From an uncultured archaeon (lineage in GTDB: Archaea > Asgardarchaeota > Thorarchaeia > Thorarchaeales > Thorarchaeaceae), in contig CAZLEV010000007.1 of the NCBI GenBank assembly GCA_964558645.1, positions 32,001 through 96,000 of the forward strand: 64,000 nucleotides of DNA, in the 5' to 3' direction. Below, in pieces: positions 1 through 11,400 of the stretch. Each line of letters opens with the position of its first letter. The first letter of the stretch is position 1. A model generated the notes under the pieces. The model had not been told where the DNA came from, made no database searches, and saw only the letters and a list, made by a program, of their open reading frames with translations. A program made the translations under genes and the position numbers.

Positions 1-2
1 TT

Positions 3-194
3 CGGGAACTGAATGGAAACCAGGTGCCAGTATATCATGCGGCGATTAAGAAATGGGCTGATGTTGACCTGCAGCTTGAGACTGATGGTTCCACAGACGT
101 CTTCTCTCTCCTCGACAATGAAAGCGATAGATGCTGGAGATTCAGAATTGCGAACAACAGGGTGAGTTTTGAGGAGGAGGGCGTAGTTCTGTGA
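3..194 (+). CDS. 3' end of a probable RecA/RadB-like ATPase (truncated by window edge)
   Basis: Not in the ORF track. Open frame 3..194 reads RELNGNQVPVYHAAIKKWADVDLQLETDG...RCWRFRIANNRVSFEEEGVVL*, resembling the C-terminal part of RadB/Rad51 paralogues. Its TGA overlaps the next GTG (GTGA). Confidence 0.45.
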   Translation, partial: RELNGNQVPVYHAAIKKWADVDLQLETDGSTDVFSLLDNESDRCWRFRIANNRVSFEEEGVVL

Positions 195-1066
195 TCGGCA
201 TACTTCGCATTGCCAAGCACGTTGTTGCAGCAGCTGTAGTCTTGGCACTGGGCGCTGAATTGCTGGCCTTGACAACTTCTATTGTCGTTCTGGTTAGACT
301 CGGAAACATAACCCCACTAATCGTGTTGGCTGTCCTAACGTTTGGGATAATCTACCAGTCCGGACGGATGAAGACAGAGGAGGGTAAGAAGTTGAACCTC
401 GCAAAGACGGTACTTGATGCGATGTCTCTTGTTCTCGGAGGAATGCTCTGTCTAACAATTTTCTTTATTGCACTGCCCTCCGGGATAGTTATGCTGCTCG
501 GCTCGATAGGAGGCACCTGTGTCCTGATGGCTCTAGTCCGGAATCCCGGGAAGATCTCCATGGTCGTGTCAATGCCCTATGCCTCAGTACTTCGACATGA
601 TATCTCTTCTCTGAACCTTCGGGTTTTCGAGCTTGAGAAGGGTCAGCGTGAGGGCGTCCTTCGAATGCTGGATGAGAGAAGTCTTCTTCGAGTCAGTATC
701 TGGATACTTCAAGACCTTGACACCATAATATTCCCAACGCGTCACTCAGAGAGTGTTCGTGGGGTGCTAGATGAGTATGGTCTCCAATATAGTCGAATGG
801 ATATGCTGCTCGAATCTGCTGTGTTAGCCCTTCCACTCAGCGATAGCGTTCGGCCTGAAGAATATGTGAGTCTTGTTCCGTCATTGAGAGAGAGAGTTAT
901 CGAGAGATGGCCTGTGCGTATGATGCTTTTCCCCTCTCCAGAAGGAGTTTCAGTTCTTGTTCCTCGCAGTATTGTTCGAGGGATGCCTACTGAACCACTC
1001 TCGTCTGGTCAGGCATACCGTGCAGTGGTCTGCCATGAGCTGGTAACAGGTGATAACCTTGCCTAG
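191..1066 (+). CDS. Hypothetical membrane protein (about 4 N-terminal TM helices, soluble C-terminal domain)
   Basis: 291-aa ORF with hydrophobic segments in the first ~120 aa; overlaps both neighbours. Confidence 0.7.
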   Translation: MIGILRIAKHVVAAAVVLALGAELLALTTSIVVLVRLGNITPLIVLAVLTFGIIYQSGRMKTEEGKKLNLAKTVLDAMSLVLGGMLCLTIFFIALPSGIVMLLGSIGGTCVLMALVRNPGKISMVVSMPYASVLRHDISSLNLRVFELEKGQREGVLRMLDERSLLRVSIWILQDLDTIIFPTRHSESVRGVLDEYGLQYSRMDMLLESAVLALPLSDSVRPEEYVSLVPSLRERVIERWPVRMMLFPSPEGVSVLVPRSIVRGMPTEPLSSGQAYRAVVCHELVTGDNLA

Positions 1067-1778
1067 AGAAGTTCCATTAGACGACGGCTATTCAAGTGCA
1101 GAGATACAGGTACGGCCTGACGTACTGCATACAGTGCTAGGGTCCTCGCTTCAGCCTCGCCTCATGTCAGTGGTATACAGCGAAGAGCGAGCCCCCCTGA
1201 CATGGTTTGCCCATCTTCTGGCAGTTTCAGCCGCCCACTCTGATACAGAAGTCGCCTTTATCGACTCCGGGACCAACTACTCCTCTGCTTCAGTTCGTGC
1301 ACTCTGCGCGGGGTCGGAGCTGGAAGTACTGAGGAGAATCCATGTTGGAAAGATTCTCGGGCTGGAAGCATTAGTAGACCTCATCGACGAGATGGCTGTT
1401 CTAGGACCGAGGCTTGTGATAATTGACAGTCTCACCGGCGCCCTGAATCTTAGTGGTGGCCCTTATAGCAAGGAATCAAACCGAAGATTCTTCTCAGCGC
1501 TTGATGCGCTGCGTCGCTTTGTAAACGAAAACCATTCGACCGTAGTCTTCACTGACCGTTCGACTAGACGTTGGAGTGATGGGACTCGTCGACCTGCAGG
1601 CGGGAATATCTTGGCCCATGCAGTGGATAGCGTGATCTACATTGCCAGTCTTGAGGGTGAGAAGAGGAACGAATATGTTAAGGTGAATATCGAACGGGCA
1701 CCATCCGGGGTCGAATATGATGCAGTAATCATACGACTAGGTTCGGGGGGCGTGAGATCGATAAGGAGCGATACGTGA
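1050..1778 (+). CDS. RadA/Rad51 paralogue with degenerate Walker A (probably ATPase-inactive)
   Basis: VAFIDSG, Walker B LVIIDS and PAGGNILAHAVD match the RadA core. The Walker A position reads YSEERAPLT rather than GxxGxGKT. Confidence 0.8.
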   Translation: MITLPREVPLDDGYSSAEIQVRPDVLHTVLGSSLQPRLMSVVYSEERAPLTWFAHLLAVSAAHSDTEVAFIDSGTNYSSASVRALCAGSELEVLRRIHVGKILGLEALVDLIDEMAVLGPRLVIIDSLTGALNLSGGPYSKESNRRFFSALDALRRFVNENHSTVVFTDRSTRRWSDGTRRPAGGNILAHAVDSVIYIASLEGEKRNEYVKVNIERAPSGVEYDAVIIRLGSGGVRSIRSDT

Positions 1779-2771
1779 ATGGGCGTTCGTAACTGGAAGG
1801 GTCTGTTGCACTGGAGCTGGCAGTCCTTGGAGGAGATTAGCGTCCCGATACTAGCTATCGACTTTCCCAACTACATGTCAAGGAGGCTCAGTGTGTATTC
1901 GAACCGGAGGAATCCCGAGCGGATTCCCACAGAGCATGTGTCTATCCTTGTTGGCATCGTACGTGCCTCACTTCGAGCCAATGTTCTTCCAATGTTCGTA
2001 TTTGACGGGCCACCTGAGGCCTTGAAGCGCCGTTCTAACCCTGAGCTTGTCTTGAATGCACATCGTTTGTATCGCCGATTCTGTGGCAATGGGAATGCGT
2101 ACGACGAAGATATTGCCTATGAACTACGGACCAGCCCTGCCCTTCGACTATACTTTGCTGCTGAACATGTCAAGGAGTTATCTAGTCTTTGTGGCATTCC
2201 TGGGGTCACTGCGCCATCAGAGGCAGAGCTCTTTGCTGCGGTGTTATGTCGTGAGAGAAAGGTGGGCACAGTGGTCAGCAACGATGCCGATACGATTCTC
2301 TTCGGCTCGCCCCACGCAAGCAGAGCTATGAAACTCACACAGGGCCGTATCGAGAGTACCACATTGGCGTCATTGATTAGTGAGACAACTCTGACCCTCT
2401 CACAGTTGCGTGATCTTGCAGTCCTATCCGGGTGTGATTTCCACTCCGGAGTGAAAGGTGTCGGCCCGAGAAAGGGTACTGTCTTGCTACGCAGGCATGG
2501 TGACCTACCATCGGTTCTAAGGCATCTTGGTGTTTCTTTTGAAGAGAGGGATGGGTTGATGCGCGCACGAGAGGTCTTTGATGAGGGAGAGATATCAATT
2601 CACGTCGGAAACACCAACTTCACGTTATCTCCACCTCTACCATCTCGCCTGATGAAGACGCTTAGTCTGACAATGAGTGAAGCTAGAGCCGAGAAGATAA
2701 CACGTGACATCGTTCGGTCTTGGAAGGACTTCGGAAACACACAATCTACGCTTGAGAGCTTTGTTCGATGA
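1779..2771 (+). CDS. FEN1/XPG-family flap endonuclease (divergent) with C-terminal PIP box
   Basis: MGV start, LAID, FVFDG, APSEAE, SNDAD and GCDF-GVKGVGPRKG (H3TH) motifs; terminal QSTLESF PCNA-interaction motif. Confidence 0.9.
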   Translation: MGVRNWKGLLHWSWQSLEEISVPILAIDFPNYMSRRLSVYSNRRNPERIPTEHVSILVGIVRASLRANVLPMFVFDGPPEALKRRSNPELVLNAHRLYRRFCGNGNAYDEDIAYELRTSPALRLYFAAEHVKELSSLCGIPGVTAPSEAELFAAVLCRERKVGTVVSNDADTILFGSPHASRAMKLTQGRIESTTLASLISETTLTLSQLRDLAVLSGCDFHSGVKGVGPRKGTVLLRRHGDLPSVLRHLGVSFEERDGLMRAREVFDEGEISIHVGNTNFTLSPPLPSRLMKTLSLTMSEARAEKITRDIVRSWKDFGNTQSTLESFVR

Positions 2772-2856
2772 GAGACATACCGTGACGAACCCTCCTCAAG
2801 GTCCTTGACCTAGCAACCACTTCGCTTAGATTGCTGAAAATGAGAATGATGAATAG

Positions 2857-4593
2857 TCACTTCCACGGACTAGAGGGTGTTCTGTCACCACCATAGAGCG
2901 ACTTAAGGACACTGAACCAGTACGATTTTTCGGACCTCACAGTTCCTATCGCGAAGTCGTCCCGATGAAATTCATCACTCAAGCGTTCCGATATAAAAGC
3001 GGCAGATAAAGGACCACGATAGAGCGGCACATTCAGTCGTGCAAAGAGGCACGAATTGGTATTATCCCGCGCTATTCGGGCAAAGGGCACGACGTTGAGG
3101 AGCCACGAGTTCAAGTCTTCAAGATTGCCTGCTGAATTGCAGCGAACTGCAAGCATGACTCGATCTCCAAGATAGCAGTATTCAGGGGCAGGATGCAGAA
3201 ACTGGGTTACATACTGATATTCTTCTATGTTCCTCAGTGACTGGTAAATACTGCTATTGGGCATTCCTGAACGATTCATGAGTTCGTATCTACTCCGTGA
3301 ACAGCCATTGTGCCCGACAAGGAGTCCGAGAAGGGTCAGGTCAGTCTGAGACGGCATGCGACCCGCAGGCTTCTTTGGAGTTTTCTTACGGATCCAGAGT
3401 GGGCTTGAGATTGCACCTTCAGATTCCCATGGGCTGAAGTCCCAGACGCCGCCTTCGTTTCCCTCTGAGGCTTGGGGCTTGAACATATCCATATGTATAG
3501 AACCTACTTCTTCTTGACCAGTAACAGTGAAGGTACTGTCTGGCAGGTCAGGAGGGTGACAGTCCATAGTTTCCAGATAGAGCTGTGCGATGAGGTAGTC
3601 ACTGTCAGCAAGCTCGATGATCTCAGCAAGGCCTGTGTTCCATATGATTGGCCGTGCTGCCTCCGAGAACACGATGCGATATCTGAGTCCGAGCGTTTGC
3701 AGGTTCAGCATAAAGGTCTCAGAGATGAAGGTCTCCATTTCTCGCAAGTTTCGATGTGCCATAGAGCGGCTCTTGTTTAGGGCTTCTTCTACCAAACCAG
3801 TGGTCAGGTTGACAACCCCTTTGATTCTATTGACATATGCGCAGAGCTTGACAAGTTCCTGGTTCAGAAGTCCCTTCAACGAGCGAGAGGCAATGCCCAC
3901 CGCAAAGTCATTCTCCCAGTCCATTAATCCTGACAAAGGATAGAAGGCTACAGGCTCTCTTACAGCCCAGCTATTGGCATTTCTCGCGGACGTTAACAGC
4001 GAAGTCCAGCTAATGCGCCTACCAGTCGCACGGGCCATGAGAGCAACATTGATCAACGAGCGGGTCAGAGGATCAAGGCCATGGGCATCGATTATCTTCT
4101 GAACGTAGTAGGGAAGTCCCATGACAGTTCTTGCCATTGTGTAGCAGAGAGACCTTCTGAGTCTAGTCTCATCCAAGACGAGTGAGTCCTCGTCATCTGG
4201 GATTGACGCGGCTGAATCAATGGACTGGAGGTACATATGTACTGTCGGCAGCAAGCTCTCCTTTGCCTCTCTCAGGGTCCTATCCACATAGAGTATCCGC
4301 GATTCTACGAGGCGTGGATCCAAGACGAAACGGTCCAAAGGAAGAATGCCACACATCTGAAGCCATAGATTCGGCGCTGTAAGGACTCTCTCATACTCCT
4401 CGGTCTGTCCAAGATGTCGCACTATAGTATCCCATTCTACAGGTTCATCTGGGAGGGTTTCCAATCCTGCTGAGGCTTCAAACCTCTCGTAGGTGAATGA
4501 TGGGTCGGTACGCTCGGCAAGCTGAGCAACCACTCTGTAGTCGGGAATCTCTCTCCGCATATTCTCGGTCCATCGCACGCTTGTAAGGTCCAT
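2857..4593 (-). CDS. Hypothetical protein with two putative Lrp/AsnC-like wHTH modules
   Basis: 578 aa. Segments VEEALNKSRSMAHRNLREME...LNLQTLGL and TDLTLLGLL...ELMNRSGMPNSSIYQSLRNIEE resemble Lrp-type HTH plus linker. Confidence 0.5.
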   Translation of the reverse strand: MDLTSVRWTENMRREIPDYRVVAQLAERTDPSFTYERFEASAGLETLPDEPVEWDTIVRHLGQTEEYERVLTAPNLWLQMCGILPLDRFVLDPRLVESRILYVDRTLREAKESLLPTVHMYLQSIDSAASIPDDEDSLVLDETRLRRSLCYTMARTVMGLPYYVQKIIDAHGLDPLTRSLINVALMARATGRRISWTSLLTSARNANSWAVREPVAFYPLSGLMDWENDFAVGIASRSLKGLLNQELVKLCAYVNRIKGVVNLTTGLVEEALNKSRSMAHRNLREMETFISETFMLNLQTLGLRYRIVFSEAARPIIWNTGLAEIIELADSDYLIAQLYLETMDCHPPDLPDSTFTVTGQEEVGSIHMDMFKPQASEGNEGGVWDFSPWESEGAISSPLWIRKKTPKKPAGRMPSQTDLTLLGLLVGHNGCSRSRYELMNRSGMPNSSIYQSLRNIEEYQYVTQFLHPAPEYCYLGDRVMLAVRCNSAGNLEDLNSWLLNVVPFARIARDNTNSCLFARLNVPLYRGPLSAAFISERLSDEFHRDDFAIGTVRSEKSYWFSVLKSLYGGDRTPSSPWK

Positions 4594-4826
4594 TCTCTCA
4601 CACCCGTCTTAATCGCTCCCTCTTGTATATACATTTGTCCAATCCGTGATCATAGGGGGTGCTGATAATAGTTATTGTGCATTGTAGGAATGTGTCATGG
4701 CTTAACAGTTACCATAACGTTTTCTACATTCCCATAATAACCAGAGAAGCCGTCAGATGCTCGCTTTACATCTGACCGATATCTTATCTATTTTGCAGCT
4801 CTATTCATACCGTACACTGACATAGG

Positions 4827-5438
4827 ATGGCGAACAAAGAAATGGATGACCTAACATCGCTCATCGTTGGTAATCTCCTATTCTCGGTGATGATTACTCC
4901 CACCGTAGTATTGATAGTTGGCATCTTGCGAGGTCTGGTGCTTCTGACGGGACAGAAACGGGAATTCGAGGATTGGACCCGAAATCCTCTGCTCACAATC
5001 TTGAGCATAGTATTTCTGCCAGGCAGTGTCGTGTTTGTGACCCTCAGATACATCATTGCCAAGATCGGAGGAATCGATGTGGAGGATGTGAGCGGATCCG
5101 CCACGTATGGGGAACTGGATCTTTTTCTTCGGATTGAAAAACCACCACGAGTGGGTGTTGTATTAACCGCCTTGTATGTGACAATCGTTGCCAGTGTCTT
5201 CACAGCCATGGCACTCATCACCATCCCGGTCTTGTATCTACTCTCAGAACCCCCGCTTGTCATCATCTGTTGGTATGTGGCCGTCAGCATCTTGTTCAAT
5301 ACGAGTGTTCGAAGTGGGGATATATCCATAGTAGTAGCATCACTCAAGCGCCATCCCCGTTCAGGTACGGTGGAACTCATTGTTGTTCTGAGTGTGCTCG
5401 TCATACTATACACACAGGTATTTGGGGTGATTGTGTGA
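4827..5438 (+). CDS. Hypothetical polytopic membrane protein
   Basis: 203 aa, about 5 hydrophobic helices; its stop overlaps the start of the giant gene (GTGA at 5435-5438). Confidence 0.75.
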   Translation: MANKEMDDLTSLIVGNLLFSVMITPTVVLIVGILRGLVLLTGQKREFEDWTRNPLLTILSIVFLPGSVVFVTLRYIIAKIGGIDVEDVSGSATYGELDLFLRIEKPPRVGVVLTALYVTIVASVFTAMALITIPVLYLLSEPPLVIICWYVAVSILFNTSVRSGDISIVVASLKRHPRSGTVELIVVLSVLVILYTQVFGVIV

Positions 5439-8400
5439 AACGCATAGTACTCTGCCTGGTTCTTCTGCTGTTCTTGGTTCCGATTTCCAACCCAGATGAA
5501 GGAGTGAGTCGAGAGGGCTTCTCTCCTCGGTTGAGGGAGACCTCCTTATCGGAGAGCAGTGGGAGTCTGGGAATCATCCTTGTGATATCTCTTGACGGGG
5601 GTGCAATACCGAATTATGGTAATGAGGTTGCGCAGTTACTTAGAGAACGTGGCATTATGGCGGCTGAGTCCACTGTCTCTGACGTCATCACCGACCCGAC
5701 CCTTCTTAGCGGATCCCTTGTCATTCTTGATGGTTCTCTTGGATCAGAGAACGGAACACTGGTTACGGACACATTCGTCACCCTCCTCCGTAGGCTCCAC
5801 GTCCCCTGTGTCACCCTCGGAAGAGCTGCATGGCTTCATTCTCGTATCAGAGAGTCCGAAAGCGCGTCTGTGACAGCACTACTCCATACGACTCTTGAGG
5901 CATCTTCCGATCATAGCAGCGCGGTCTTCCTATCAAGCCCTGACTCGCTCTCTCTTGGAGCGACCTTGACTTGGGAGAGCGTGACTCTTCCGGTTCTTGA
6001 CGTGCAAGCAGCACAAGGACGTGTGGTCAACCTGACTGCAGGGACTAGCTCCGGCATCGCCCCCCTTCGATACGAGTCATATCCCTTAGACCTGTTTCTG
6101 TTCGGACCTGAGAACCCCGACCACTGGACAGAGGACGGTATTGGTCTACTCGTTAACACTGTTGCCTATGCGCTCTCCTTAGGAGAGTCTGAAGTAGCCT
6201 TGGCTTTGGCGTCCATGCAGGTGCTGGATGAACCTGTCACTGGAGGTTTTTGGTATCCCCACGAGCCCACCGTTTCTGGTGTCTACTATGCTGTGAGATC
6301 TGCATCTAGACTAAACACCACTTTTGGGGATTGGGCCTCAGAGAGAGCAGCCAAGGTGACATCTATTCTGGAACGCTTCAGAGAGAACTATGACCTCGAG
6401 ACAGGGTTCCGCGACTCGTACGACAAGACGGTATCGCTCAGTGCAACTAGCATGGCATTGTGGGTCATCTCAATCATGGGTATCGAGTCACAGTTCGACC
6501 TGCCTGAGATTGTGACATATATCACTAGTAGACAGGATGTTGGTGGCGGATTCCAAGACAGTGTGCTCAAAACGCATCTTGCAGTTGAAGCATTGAACTG
6601 GTCTGGCCACCTATCCAGCATCAATACTGTAGCACTTGGGACCTGGCTCCGCGCCTGTGTGGTATCAGGCTCTGACACATCTAATCCTGACTATTGGGGC
6701 GGGGTGGCCCTGAACCCCGATAGCGCTGTACCTAAGACTGAATATGCAAGAGCATACCTGCTCTCATTGGCATGTTTGGGTGGGGTTCATGATGATCCGG
6801 TGAAACTCACTTACTGGATTCAGACACGGGTGAGTCGAGGTGATGGGTCGTACAGCAACGTCGTTGGGGGCGATGTCGAGATACTAAAGGGAACAACATC
6901 TGCCCTGACAACAATGGCAATCCTGGACACACTGGACACTGAGAACAAGACCGAAGGGCTTGGTTGGTTAGCCGCCAATCAGCTGGATTGTGGCGGTTTT
7001 GGAATATCTGATGCCGCCTCCGACATCATCGGAAAGTCCGCAGAAACCGCTATGGTAGCTAGCTGTCTGTACCAGCTTGAAGAAGAGACTTCCGGCACAG
7101 CATCAAGAATCCCTGGCTACCTAAAGACCATTGAAACTGAGAACGGTTTCGAACTTCTCGATCGCGTTCCCAGCGGCATGTGGTCTTATTGGACGAGCCG
7201 TGGTCTTATGCACATTGACTCAGGGATATCAAGCATCTCAGCACTATATGACTACGCATCGTTGCTCTCAGGGCAAATATATCCTGGTTGGAACAACATC
7301 ACAGCCATCTCATCGCCGGAGTATGACTTCTATCAATATCGCCAACAGAGCGTCTGGACCCACTACTTCAAGGCCGGAACGGCACAAGCCATCGGCTATC
7401 CGCTTTTGGGTTCCGAGAAGTCGGAGATTGCCAACTACATTGTGAACTGCCAGCACTTCTCAGGTCACTTTCGGCCAACAAGCTTCTCGGGAACGGCACA
7501 CATGGAACACTCTGTTGCCGCAGTTGAAACTTTGGATATCATCGGCGCTCTCGATTCTGTCACATATCTTACGGCCCTTGAAAATGCCATCATGGATGAG
7601 TACGAATCCGGCTCATGGGCAACAACAGGATGGAGTCTTCGCCCCTTCGCGATGCAACAGGAGGCTATCGATTATCTCTCAACTCGAGCCGCACTGCGAC
7701 TGCAGCTTGTTGATGAGGCCATGGCCTCCGAGATTCATTCTACCATTAGCGCTCGAGTACAGTACGAAGACCTTTGGGCTCTCAGTAGAGATGTCGCAAG
7801 TGTTTCTCTCCTAGTCGCATCTGGACTCCTCTCTTTCTCCGACTTCAGTGTTTTTGACACTGATCTGGTGCTGGGAGCCCTCTCGTCGAACTTCGAAAGC
7901 GGATGGTTGAATGCCACAACTGAATGGCAACCGGCATTTACTGCAGACGTTCTGGAGATGGTCAGTATACTCGGTCTTGAGAGCCGCTGGCTGCAACCCG
8001 CTGGGGGGTCCTTTAGTGTTTCTTGTCCTTCAACAGTCGAGTTGGGGGAGCATCTGGAGATTACGCTGTCCATCTCGCCAACGGCCTCTGAGCACACAGT
8101 CATTGTCGATGCCTTCGGTAGCATGAATCAGTATCTTGTGGAAAGCGTCGATACCCTTTCTATCAATGTGCCATCTGACGCTGGTTCTCTCGGCATCTGG
8201 AACATCTCATTGGCTCTGTGGGATCAATTTGTTACACGCGATTTTGCTCGGCTGGCGGTGAATGTCACGAGTTCTCTATCGGGGCAGTTGACCTTACCGG
8301 AAACAAACTACTTAGTCGGCGACTCAATCAATGGAACAGTTTCGTGGACATTGGTTACCGGTGCTGATGCTGGCCAGTGTGATGTAATAATCAGACTTGG

Positions 8401-11400
8401 AGATCCACCTGTTTACGAGCAGTGGACTCACACGCGCGAGAGTCCCATGGATTTCTCGATTCCCACCACAGGTATCGGGGCTGGCGATCACAACCTTACA
8501 GTGACCGTGAGAAGAGAGTTCTGTACTGACCTTGTATTTCAGAGGGTCGTTTCAGTTGCAGAGGGTATTGAGACTTATATCGACCATTTGGACCATAAGA
8601 CCGGCGAGGTTGGCACACAGCTCTCCATTTCATTCGACCTCCGTTTCTCTTCTAATGACACCGAGATTGTAGGCCAGCTGGTTACGATCGAAATTACCGA
8701 CTCAGAGGACGGAGTTGTCCACACAGACGGTCTTACCACTGCTGCTGGTACAGAGCAGTTCTTGTGGACACCTGATGAAAGGGGCAATTATTCCTATGTG
8801 CTAAGCTTCGAAAGAAACGGCACTCTGATGTCCTCTTCATCACAAGGTGAGATTCGTGTCGAACAGGCCACAGAGCTCTACTGGATTGGTTCTGACACCC
8901 AGACTCAATACGAAACTGCTACTTTCATTCTTCTTCTCACCACTGACAACGGAGAACCTCTCACAGGAATGGATCTGGACATCACAATCGATGACCCCCT
9001 TGGAAGTCGAGTCATGGACATCATGCTGACCACAAACGCCACTGGGCATGCAGAGGTTCAACTGAGCCTCGATCTAAATGGGAATTACACGCTCTGTGCG
9101 TTATTCTCAGGTTCATCCCTTCTGCAGCCCACCTCTGCCCTGACAGAGGTCATCTCCTTCAGCCTCACACGCCTCTCTCTGGATGGTATACCCTCAGCGA
9201 GTCTTGTGGAGGAACCCATGCAGATCGACCTGCTTCTGTGCGACTCCAATGGGACTCCAATACAGGGAGAAAACGTCGTCCTGCGAATCGTCTTGTTACC
9301 GTCGACTACACTGCTGGAGGAGATTCTGGTGACTGATACCAGTGGTCAGGTATCGTGGTATTGGTCACCACCTTCACCAGGAACCTACGAGGTATCGGCT
9401 GAGTATGCTGGAACGCAGAGCCTTGCTCCCTCTTACAACGTGACCTCGACAGATGCTTACATCTCTGTGAGCTTGGCGGTTGATGTGCCGTATGCGGAAG
9501 TTGGAGAGTCAAGCACTGTGACCGTGACTGCGGTAGACCATCAGGGCCAACCCATATCGGGACTCGCAATTCGTATCGCCCTCTATGATCCCCTAGGGTC
9601 ACCAGAACTAGTGGTCGAAGACGTCACAGAGGACGGCGCCTTCGCAGTAGTCTGGACTCCTCTGTCGCGAGGCCAATATCAGATTCATGTCAATAGCTCT
9701 CGACAGGATGTATACGAAGCTGCAACGGTCTCAGAACCAATCAGCGTGTTCGAACAGACGACCCTGACGCTGAGTTGGGCATCTGACTTGCTTGCGATAG
9801 CCCCCAACATCCTCACTGTGACTATATCTGACACCCGCAACATTGGAGTATCTGGAGTCCAGTTCCAGGTTCTTGTCAGTATTGCATCGAATACCCTCCT
9901 TGACAGCACAAACACCACGGACATCAATGGACAGGTAATCTTTGACATTGTTCTTGATAATGTCGGTGATATCTCCATAGTTGTTATTGTCGATGACCAA
10001 GGCTTTGTGCTTGGTCTGAATTATGAAAACCACAGCACTGTTCTGGGACTGACAGACCTGACCCTAGCCACAAGTCCGACACCGATAACGCAGTGTTCGA
10101 GTCTTGGCATTCAGGCAACACTGCTTGACTGGAATGGTCAGCCAATCCTAGGTGCAGCAGTCCGTTTCACTGTTACCCACCCCAACGGCACAATCGTTAG
10201 GAACACCACACGAACCACAGGTACCGGTGGTGCTTGCAGCATTGCCCACACCTTCGAATCGGTGGGCGACTATCTTGTCGGCGCCTCCTATGCCGGAGAG
10301 GGACTAAATGCAGGGGACGCAGTAACCAACGTTCAGCGTGTGCGCGTAACTCCAGACCTTCTACTGCTCCATGACACAACAGCCCATCTCGGAGAAGCCT
10401 TTGCCATCCATGTCGGTCTTCTGGATGCCTCTGGGGCTTATATCGCCGGGAGGGACCTAGCAATCAGTATCTCATTGGCCGGAGAGGTTGTCTTTGAGGC
10501 CGGTCGAGTTTCGAGCGATGGGCTGTTGACCTTATCTTGGACTCCTGATTTCAGAGGCAGTGCAATCGTCGCACTCACTCATGCAGGTGATGTCTACTAC
10601 CTCTACAACTCCACCAGCTCTACTACATCTGTGATGGAGACCGTGTCAGGTTCCCTTGGTACATCAAGATCGACGATGAACCTCTTCGACACCATCACAC
10701 TGCATTACTTCCTTTCTGCTCAGGCCCCGGAGGGTATCACTATCACTTTCGAAGTCCTTGGTACAGACCTTGTGCCCGTCTGGTCGGAAACTGCAACAAC
10801 AAATGCCACGGGCTATACTGAAGTGTCGTATACAGCGCAAGAGAATCATGGATTCTTCACAGTTCGCGCTACCCCCTCTGACGATTTCATGCTCGGCGGA
10901 GCAAGCCAATCTTCCATCGCTGTGATGACAGAGGGTGTTCTATCCGTTGATACCGTGAGCCCACCTCCGGTTGTGACGAGCGAAGTCAACATGACCATAT
11001 CTATTGAGAACAAACTTGGTTTGCCAGTTTCGGATATCAGTGTAAGAGTCACAGTTACAGATCCCTATGGTGTATTGTTGAAGTTGGGGTCCTATTACAA
11101 CTGGATTTCAGTACCAATAGGTGAGGGAGGCGGCACTTTTGTGTTCAGTCCCCAGCACGCTGGTCTCCACGAGATAGGGATTTCTTATGAAGGCTCGAAT
11201 ACTGTCTATGAGTTCGACGAGAGCAGGGACCTGATAGTCTATGCTGCAACGCAACTCACTGTTGTTGAACACTCGGCAGAACTTGAGGTAGGCGAGGTCT
11301 TTGACACAATTCTCCAGCTTGTTGACTATGCTGGACATCCACTTGTGGGCAAGGAGGTGGCAGCCGAACTACACGGATTAGAAAGGAGCTACTTCGTGGT

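Noticed and set aside
4805-5413. 202-aa antisense ORF, and the many similar short ORFs nested in or opposite long genes
   Set aside because: They are shadows of well-supported genes on the other strand or frame and show no motifs.
5270-5434. N-terminal extension of the giant ORF
   Set aside because: It overlaps the upstream membrane gene; GTG 5435 gives a signal peptide and a typical GTGA coupling.
5435-8000. Alpha-2-macroglobulin or active squalene-hopene cyclase call
   Set aside because: No CxEQ thioester or DxDD motif was seen.
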